A DNA stretch of 64,000 bases from the NCBI GenBank assembly GCA_951406725.2, contig OX597819.1:51646001-51710000 (forward strand), given 5' to 3'. The notes below the pieces were generated by a model. The model saw only the letters and a program-made list of their open reading frames with translations. It did not search any database and was not told the DNA's origin. This DNA comes from Octopus vulgaris. Its lineage: Eukaryota. Position 1 is the first letter of the stretch, and the number at the start of each line of letters is the position of its first letter. Below are positions 54,492 to 64,000 of this stretch, in pieces. Made by a program: the position numbers and the translations under genes.

Positions 54492-54893
54492 ATATATATA
54501 TATATATATATATATACTTTATTTCCAAGAAAGATAGAGGTTGTGAATCCAACCAACTAAGGGATATCTATCCAATATACTGCTGGTAGAATATCCAATT
54601 ATTAATACACAAGTGTTTTTTTATTGCATTGCAATTACATTACCGAATGTAATAAATGGGTGATGGTAAAGAGTTATTTTACTATTAATTTATAGGGCAA
54701 TAAGAAAATGGAGGGGATCAATAGGTGGTATTCATCAACTTTTAGACATTATATTAATTAATTAATTTATTTATTTACTAAAAGGACAATTATAACAATA
54801 TACATACATGTATAACATATTATGCTTTACATATATAATATATAAAGATATCAGTAATTATTAAAATATATAAGATACAGGAATAGAAATCGG

Positions 54894-54934
<41 letters not shown>

Positions 54935-54938
<4 letters not shown>

Positions 54939-55116
54939 ACCCTGTCTTCCCTTCTCGGGAAATTTCCTTCTCCTATGTTTACGACGAAGAGCTCCGCTCG
55001 AAACGTCAAACCCTCCTTCTTCCCTTCTTTCCTGAGCGTCCAATAATACTTTATTTGTTCCACGTCCTTGCGTTGTTGTTTTTTTTTTTTTTTGTTTTCT
55101 TGTTTGGATTAACTTT
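54935..55116 (+). mobile_element. Second copy of the 13432 HHR element, in (TA)n
   Basis: High similarity to 13460-13644. HHR at 54977-55011 reads gttt-ACGACGA-agagctccgctc-GAAAC-GTC-aaac (core CT mutated to AC). Confidence 0.8.
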
Positions 55117-55139
55117 ATATATATATATATATATACATA

Positions 55140-55359
55140 CACCAGGGTGTGCTGCAGGCTTCTCACTTCAAAGGTATAGCGAAAGGCCTGGTTGGAGGCC
55201 CAAACTTCCGAGTTTTTTAAGAGGGTTTATAATAACTGAAGGACCGTTGCAACATGTGTATGAATCTGAGAGGGGAATATGTTGAATAAAATCGTAATTC
55301 ACTGATCTTGCTGTATTTTGTTTTACCCAAAACCAGGAACTTTTCAGCACCCACTCATA
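55140..55359 (+). mobile_element. Mariner-derived MITE
   Basis: Homologous to 1004-1221; right TIR ccaggaacttttcagcacccactcata. Confidence 0.75.
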
Positions 55360-55464
55360 GTTTCAACGTACGACATATCTACAGAAAGAATAAGGACTTG
55401 GTCAGCGCTGAAACATTTCTGGTCCTAAGTCTGCTAAATTTCTCTTGGCCTAGGGTTAAAAAAG

Positions 55465-55803
55465 TAAAGACCGCCTTCGGTCATGAATGATCATGGGATT
55501 GCACCAAGAAAGTTCCCTTCAGAGGCACAAGTCCAGGCAAGATTATTTATGGAAAACCAGCAGTCGACCATGTATACCAGCCGCCCCTCTCCAAGCCACT
55601 GATGTAATCCAAGAGAAAGGCAAAGGCTGGTATAGCTTGGCACCAGTGACATCGTAACTCGTTTCTACAGCTGAAGGAACTGGAGCAATGTGGTACAAAG
55701 TGTCTTGCCCAAGAACACACCACAAAGTCCGGTCCAGGAATCGATCGCACTACCTCATTGACTGTGAACCCGACGCTCTAAACATTCAGCAATGTGCCTT
55801 CAC
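55465..55803 (-). mobile_element. SINE family C copy
   Basis: Reverse complement is collinear with 35915-36254. Confidence 0.85.
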
Positions 55804-56136
55804 CTGGGGTTAAACAACAACAATTACACCACCAACAACAACAACATCAGTAACACATAATAACTAAAAAGTAGGGAAGTATGTCACCAAGGTAGACCCC
55901 GCTGGGTCATGTCTGCTTATGTCGTTAAATATATATATATCATATATAATATATTCGGTTGTTTTTTTTTGTTCTTTGCTTGTGTCTTTTTTGTTTCCTT
56001 GATTTTGTTTTGTCTTTTTTTTTTCAAAAGAAAATTATGGGGTGTCTTTGGTAGTTTATGGTTCATTCAACGTTATACAATGTAATTTAAAGAAAGAAAA
56101 CTAAACTAAAAGGAAATGTGAGATAAAGACAATGAG

Positions 56137-56174
<38 letters not shown>

Positions 56175-57069
56175 GAAGAAAGTGGGGGAGAGGGGCGGTA
56201 AGGGAGAGAGAATGTAATGAGAATGAATGGATCAGGGAAAGAGAGAAAGCTGAGCTGTAAAATAGAGAGAGAGAGAGAGAGAGAGGGGAAGAGAGAAGTA
56301 AAAGAGAGAAAGAGAAACAAAGAAAGAATGACAAGAGAGAAAAACAACACCAACACCACAATCATCAAGGAGGAGGAGGGGTGGAGCAGGAAGAGAAGGA
56401 GCAGGAGCAGGAAGAGAAGGAGAAGGAACGGGGAAGAAAAAGAAAGATGAGAAGAAACAGAAGAATAAGAATAAGAGAGGAAACGAAGAAGAAAAGGAAA
56501 AGAAGAAGAAGAAGAAGAAGAAGAAGAAGAAGAAGAAGAAGAAGAAGAAGAAGAAGAAGAAGAAGACAATGATGATGGTGCTGATGATATTGGTGGTGGT
56601 GGTGGTGGTGCTGCTGCTACTGCTTCTGCTGCTGCTGCTGATGTTGCTGCGGATGATGAAGAGGAGGAAGAGGAAGTGGAAGAGGAGGGGAGCGATTTGA
56701 ACCGCAGCGTTGTTGGATGACAAAAGGGAGGCAATAGGTGTTGGCGTGGGTGGGGGGGGGATGAAACAGAGGGCAAATTGTGGGTAACGTTAAGCTAGAA
56801 ATCAAGGGAAAAGGGATAGCTAAGGAAATGGAGTGTAGAAAGGGTGGGTGGGAATGGAGAAGATGGAGAGGATGAAGAGGAGGGAGAGGAAGGAGAGATA
56901 GAGAGAGATGGTGTTTCAAGTTGAGTAGAATAGGGAGATGCATGGAGACAGCTGGCAAAATAGGTGGGAGGAGTTGGAGGAAACAACTGAAGTTGTAGAT
57001 TGTGGGGTCGAGATTGAAAACACAAACACATATACACACATATAAACACACATAAACACACATACTATG

Positions 57070-57117
<48 letters not shown>

Positions 57118-57365
57118 TACATACATGCATCCACATGTACACATATATTGTTATTATTATCATTATTATTATTATTATTATTATTATTAAGATTATTATC
57201 ATTAAGATTATTATCATTAGTATTATAATTATTACTATTATCATTATTATTATTATGATCATAGTTATTACTATTACTATTGTTGTTGTTATTGATGGTG
57301 ATGTTCTTGTTGTTATTATGTGTATATATATATATTGTGAATACATATAAAAGCATATGTATATC

Positions 57366-57428
<63 letters not shown>

Positions 57429-57487
57429 TCAGATGTATATATATACATGCATACACACACACACACACATATATATATATATGTGTG

Positions 57488-57519
<32 letters not shown>

Positions 57520-57573
57520 AAGAGACTGGAGAGACAAGGTGATACATGAGTAGATAAATAAATAGATAGATAT

Positions 57574-57651
<78 letters not shown>

Positions 57652-58078
57652 GGAGAGATAGATAGATAGTGAGAGAGGGAGGGAGAGAACGAGAGAAGGA
57701 GACAGAGGTCCAATACACGTGTACCCTTTATGATGTGGAGACAGATGTATGTAAGCTTGCACTAAATGCTCTCAGGCAAAAGAGTAAATTTCACGTGTGC
57801 GCGCGGACACATCCCCCTGCATCTATGCATACATCCCCCTCCACACACACATACAAATCCCGGCACACACACACACGCGCACAGCTACACCCGCACTCTG
57901 ACATATATTCATATAAAAGCAGACATTATGAGAAGTTAAAGTTTCTTGAAACGTATCTCTTAGTTTCACGTTGCCGATAGTTCAAACAACTGAAGCAGGC
58001 ACACAGCGTGATAATATATAAGGAAAACTATCAGCATGCTCACTGAATTATGACCATAAAATAAAAATTTGATTTGGT

Positions 58079-58154
<76 letters not shown>

Positions 58155-58527
58155 ACTATAACACTGTTTCGAGAAAACTATCGGATGTCGTTATACACCA
58201 CTGGTCACAATGCTCTTCCACGGATTGTCATATCTTTAGAACGATACCAGCCCTTCTCCTTTTCTCTTAGCGGGAGGACCAGCATTCACACTGACCGGAA
58301 TGCCAGTCTGTCACATGATTAGCTGTTTACAGTTGAGAGGAGTGGAGCAACGTGAAATGAAGAAGTGTTGTGCTCGAAAACCCAACAAACTGCTGGTCTG
58401 GAAAGCGAAACCATAAATCTTGCAATGGCAGTGTAAAGCCCTATCCATTAGGCCATGCACGTTCACACACGTGCCCGCGCATAGATACACACTCAAATAC
58501 ACACACATATATGTATGTATATATGTA

Positions 58528-58611
<84 letters not shown>

Positions 58612-58687
58612 TAATATACACTACCTTGGATATCCTTGTTGCTTATTTTGATTATATATACATAAATGTATTATATATATGTATATG

Positions 58688-58734
<47 letters not shown>

Positions 58735-59825
58735 GTATACATATATATATTATATAAATGTACATGTATATATGTGTAAATATATATATATATATATATC
58801 TTATATATATATATATATGTAGTCTTGTTTATAACGTCTACCAAATTCTAAATACCATACTAAATTAGTACCATTTTACCTACTAATTGACGATGGAGAC
58901 GATATAGGTTCTTAAAGATTTCATCTTAAGCATTGATCTGTATTGGTGCGTGCTATGTATAAAGGTACAGTTCTTAAATTGTGAAAGAAGAAAAACACGT
59001 CATTCTCACGTTTACTATACACTACACAACAATAGAATTTGCTGAGGTATTCCTTGCCTTATATTGGAACGTTTTTTGCTTTGTTCTCGATTCGTCTGCT
59101 AGTCACGCAACATCAAACATGGCGCCATAACATTGTGTTTTGTTAGTGTATTTTCCCGTGTATTCGCTACATTTTCTTCATCCACAGTTTAGTTACATCC
59201 TTATATTTTCTCATTGTTTCTCATATAAGTAAATGGCACCTTTGTATGTATCTATATGTATATAAAGTGTGCTACAATTACATACCTTTCAATGGAGACA
59301 AATGGCGTATGCCTGTATATATGTATGTGAATGTGCATGCAGAAATGAGAAGAAAAATAAAAGAGATCTGGGGAGTCTGTTTGTGTTCGGATGTAAAGAT
59401 ACAAGTGAATGTGAAGAGAAATAGGGATGGAAATAAAAAAGAGAGAAGCTTATTCATTCAATGTATACATTTCGTTATATCTGAATATATTCACTTCTTA
59501 AGACTCTTCTTAAAATTCTATGTGCTCCTTAAATATATTGTTTGGCGTTCCTCGGTTGTTAGAGCATCACAACGCGAATATGGAGTTTCGTTATTGGTTA
59601 GCATGATAAAGAGTCAATGTTCGAAATTTAATATAAACCTGAACCGCAACCCAGGTCTTACCAATTTCTTGGGTATGAAGTAAATCACGGCAGATATGGC
59701 GGTGGACTCTCCTGTTATAAAAGTCAGATAAGGGTTCCTCAGCATCTACCTGAACAACCTGTTGCAAATGTTATTTACATTATTTACATTCGACGGATAT
59801 TTGTCCTCATCTTGTTTGTTGTTAA

Positions 59826-59870
59826 CTCACCGTTTCGGCTGATATACTCTCCAGCTTTCTTCAGGTGCCT
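59826..59870 (-). ncRNA. Hammerhead ribozyme, degenerate inverted copy
   Basis: Reverse complement reads gcac-CTGAAGA-aagctg...cagcc-GAAAC-GGT-gagtt. The cleavage triplet and stem I are mutated relative to the 60319 copy. Confidence 0.65.
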
Positions 59871-59944
59871 TAGGGAATTTCGAACCTGGGTTCTCATTCC
59901 TAAGGTATTTTTCGATGTTATTATCATTATTGTTGTTGTTGTTG

Positions 59945-60025
59945 TTCAGGTTACTGCTTCGAATCGAACTCGGAATTTTGGGGTTAGTAGCCCGCGCTCT
60001 TAACCAACACGCCATATGTCCGTGG
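59945..60025 (-). promoter_or_regulatory. tRNA-derived Pol III head (A and B boxes)
   Basis: Reverse complement ccacggacata-TGGCGTGTTGG-ttaagagcgcggg-ctactaa-ccccaaaattcc-GAGTTCGATTC-gaagcag. A box, anticodon-like stem-loop and B box at tRNA spacing. No intact acceptor stem, so not a functional tRNA. Confidence 0.75.
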
Positions 60026-60080
<55 letters not shown>

Positions 60081-60145
60081 GAAGAAGAAGAAGTAGAAGA
60101 AGAAATAGAAGAAGAAGAAGAAGAAGAAGAAGAATGGTAATAATA

Positions 60146-60271
<126 letters not shown>

Positions 60272-60318
60272 TCGAAAAATACCTTAGGAATGAGAACCCA
60301 GGTTCGAAATTTCCCCAA

Positions 60319-60364
60319 GACACCTGATGAAGGCTGGAGAGTATATCAGCCGAAACGTTGTGTT
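60319..60364 (+). ncRNA. Type I minimal hammerhead ribozyme (intact core)
   Basis: gacac-CTGATGA-a-ggctg(gagagtatat)cagcc-GAAAC-GTT-gtgtt: stem I gacac/gtgtt, stem II ggctg/cagcc, palindromic ACGT stem III (dimer type), GUU cleavage triplet. Confidence 0.85.
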
Positions 60365-63002
60365 AACAACATACAAGATGAGGACAAATATCCGTCGAAT
60401 GTAAATAACGTAAATATTGTACATAATTCCTCATCTCTTAAACATAGAACTCTGTTGCAAATGGTTTGTTTGTGGTGATCAAATGTTTGCACTATACATT
60501 AGTTCGCTCCCACCATCAAATTGACATTGTTTGTACAGATGCAGTGTGTCAGATGTCGAAGTGATAGCAGAGCAACTTGAAATGAAGAGCTTTGCTCAAG
60601 AATACGATGTACCCTACCACCCAGTGTGGGAGTCGATATTGATTATTGTGATCGTGATTGAGGGGCCCCTAACCACCAGGCATACGTCTTCCCTCCACGG
60701 CAGATATAAGCTCCAGTAAACAGCTCGCGTCATTTCGACGCGGAGAGATTTTCTCTTCTTGCATTATTTATCATTCCATTCACAATGGGTGTATTTCCTC
60801 AGGACATGAGTGTGAAAGCCTGATCAATCTTACCTTTATTTGCTTTGAGATGTGAGTGTGAGTCTAATTTACCTAAAACCTGCTTTGAATATTCTTGTTT
60901 GTCGAGACCCGACCTTACTTAAAGATCTTGGTATATCTGCCTGAAAGGGAAAATGGTGAGCATGCAATCTTCCTTCTCTGAATATACACGACAACGAAGA
61001 TACATACACGCGCATCCACATGAATGCACACACACACACACACACACGCACACAACTAATTTAATCCTTAACCGAGTCCAGGTCAACAAACTGCGTTTTG
61101 GCGTGTCAGCAAACACTATAATTAGAGTAATATATATATTTTTTTCTTCCTTCTAAACTCTTTGTTGTATAAATTACCTCGTCTCCTACTGTTGCTGTTG
61201 CCGCAAACTGCAGTCGTTTCTAGAATTATCGCTTTGTAATCCGGTCGCTAATGCAGGAGCTGTTAATACTTCTATCAATACAGCATATGGTCTGTATATC
61301 GCTGGTGACCAAGTACTGCGTTTCTCCAACCTCTTTCTCTTTGTAATTCACTACGTGGGCGTGGGAGTCTACCCTGTATTTATAACGCCGCCTAGTCTTA
61401 ACCAATTATTTGGAAGGTAGAGGCTTCTGATTTTTCTCTTTTTTTTTTTGTTCTTCGTTTATTTTCATGCTATTCCTCAAGTTCACTGAACACAAGATGA
61501 AGGGACCACAATAACCTCACTTTAATTCTTAGTTGTTACCGAACACCGAATCGTTACATTGTTTACGATGATTCTGATAGATTTACTGGCCTTAAAGGTA
61601 ACGGATATCATTTTATTTCATTTTGTGAACGAACTTAGCATTTCTGGATTTCAAGCATGCAGTAATAATATATTATAATATTATTATTATTGCCTTACTA
61701 GTTTGGGCCACCAAAATGAGGATATCAAACCCACCTCCCACTACTTCATCGTTTACTTACTTTACTGATCTATACCAATGGAATGAATGAGATGAATTTG
61801 TGTTACGAACCATTTTAAGAAGTAAATACAAGGAATTTACACTGATTTTCAACGGCTTAAGCAGATACAAAAATCTACACCTATAGGTACAGATTAAACA
61901 TTTTTATACATCTATATATATGTGGATATATGCTCATATGTATATTTGTTTATGCATGTGTATGTGTGTGTACTATTAACGTAGAAATAGTTTCAGAGAA
62001 ATGAACAAAACACCCCCGCAAAGAATCTGCTATCAGTTAACATACTAATTAAATCATGAAGTAATTTAACTTATCCGTGTAACCGAAGACCCGGATAAAC
62101 AAACGACAAATATTTCCACAAGGTGTAAATAATAATCATTGTGAGTATGCGTGTGTGTGCGTGTGTGTGTATGATTGTGAGTGTGTATATTTGTTGGGGC
62201 GTGTGTGTGTGTGGCATACATATACATACATATACTTTCAAACTTGCAGACATCTATAGACATACATTCACCATACAAACATACATCATGCCCCATTATG
62301 CCTGCTTCAAGACACAGATACACTGTGGTACATGCATTTACATGCCCTCCTCTTCCTTCATTCTTAATTCTCTCAGCCCCAACCCATAAAACAGCATTCA
62401 ACTGGAAAATCGTTGTAAAATCCATGCCATATGTTCATAGATTTAAAAAATGCAAGTTATGCGTAACTTTTAGATCTAAGAACTCCACTGCACTGTTAAA
62501 TTTAAGATCAGAAATTTTCAGCAATTGTAAATATATGGGTAAATTTGTTTTGGCGAATTGGAGAACACCGCTCTCTCCGAATTGAGCAGCTGTATCGCAG
62601 ATTTTATACCCTTTCCATTGATTCTATACCATTTTGCCTTACGACTATACTATCGTACTATCAAAGGGAACATAACTCTAATTCTTTTCTCTTTTCTTTT
62701 TCCATTTTTGTTTTAACATTCCACTTTTTGAACCCACCATCTTCTCGTTTTTTTTTGTTTCATTTTCGTGATTTCTCTTTCTATTTTCCTCATTTGTAAC
62801 TTGTATAGGCCATTTGCCCAAAGTTCGAAGATTACTTGGAAATTCTAGGCGTGTTTTTAAAACCTATCGAGATAATATCTCCAAATTATGAAACTGTTGG
62901 TAGCTCATAACTATAAACTCTGTTCATTAAACAATGTCTACTTTTCACTAAATGGCGTACCTTTTTAGTTGATCTAACCGTAACGAAAATGTAAACTATA
63001 TA

Positions 63003-63267
63003 TTCTCTTATTCTTTTATTAGTTTCAGTCATTTGACTGCGGCTGTGCTGAAGCACCGCCTTTAGTCGAACAAATCGACTTCAGGACTTATTCTTTGTAA
63101 GCCTAGTACTTATCCTATCGGTCAATTTTGCCGAACCACTAAGTTACGGGGATGTAAACACACCAACATCGGTCATCAAGCGATGGTGATGGACCAAGCA
63201 CAGACACATAAACATGTACAGGCACACAAACACACACACATATGTATACACACACACACACACACAC

Positions 63268-63339
<72 letters not shown>

Positions 63340-63465
63340 CGGGCTTCATTCAGTTTCCGTCAATCAAATCCACTCCCAAGGCTTTGGTCAGCCCGAGGCT
63401 ATAGTAAAAGACACTCAAGGTGTCACGAGTGGGACTGAACGATGTGGTTAGTAAGCAAAGATTGT
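63003..63465 (-). mobile_element. SINE family A copy
   Basis: Reverse complement is collinear with 8045-8462. Confidence 0.85.
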
Positions 63466-64000
63466 GTAGCTTTGCGGGTTGGCCAAACACGTTAATGAAT
63501 GAAAATGAAAGAAAATGAATAAATGAGAGACGAAACCCAAAACCCGCCGATTGGATTTTTCTCGAAAACATATTTTCTTTTTTAAAAAATCAATATGAGG
63601 TTTCAAACCTCTTACAAGAAGGAGGCACTAAAACCTCTTACTTAACGTTTTTTTTAAACAAACAATTGAGATTATAAACCACTATAAATAATACAATAAG
63701 ATGAGGTTTCAAACCCTATAACGAGGCTTTTTCACCTCCTACTCATCGATATATCCATCGATATATTCATCATTATCTTCAATGTCGCTTGAGTATCTGT
63801 ATCCCGCTATTTCCCATGCCTCACTCATGTAGGACATGTAAGTCGTGTAAGGGCCACCCGGCCATATGCGACACTCCTCCCCAAATCCTTTAAGCCTTTC
63901 CCACAAGGGAAACTTTATGACCTCCAGACTCAGCTCTGCTAAAGGTACCCAAGAAACAAGTGATCACATTGGAAAACAGACTTGGGTTGGGGTTAATAAG

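Noticed and set aside
59685-59758. Second tRNA-like head upstream of the HHR element
   Set aside because: Lies outside the TSD and aligns better with the tail of the older host SINE (compare 42690-42745).
59945-60025. Functional tRNA gene
   Set aside because: Acceptor stem does not pair and it is embedded in a TSD-bounded element. The same applies to the SINE heads at 1327, 1584, 8045 and 35915.

Overview
AT-rich eukaryotic genomic DNA, very dense in microsatellites ((TA)n, (CA)n, (TAA)n, (GATA)n, (TACA)n, (TGG/TAG)n). The SINE complement suggests a coleoid cephalopod, probably Octopus (inference from recalled repeat families, not a database result). I find no supportable host protein-coding gene; nearly all ORFs in the track are microsatellite translations. 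The only long coding unit is a disrupted, near full-length R4/Dong-clade non-LTR retrotransposon (RT + restriction-like endonuclease) sitting in a (TAA)n array at 15078-19175. The rest is tRNA-derived SINEs (CORE-like and Meta-like families), Tx1/L1-like LINE fragments (two inside (GATA)n arrays), mariner/hAT MITEs and an 18-bp minisatellite with coding-like periodicity. The most interesting signal is about a dozen short non-coding elements from several unrelated sequence families that carry type-I minimal hammerhead ribozyme (HHR) motifs. Many sit in (TA)n tracts and many have the partial inverted duplication typical of Penelope-like elements (PLEs). One of them (59771-60451, 12-bp target-site duplication) also has a tRNA-derived Pol III head, so it looks like a hammerhead-bearing SINE mobilised by PLE machinery. 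All calls were made by eye; boundaries are approximate unless a TSD or TIR is quoted.
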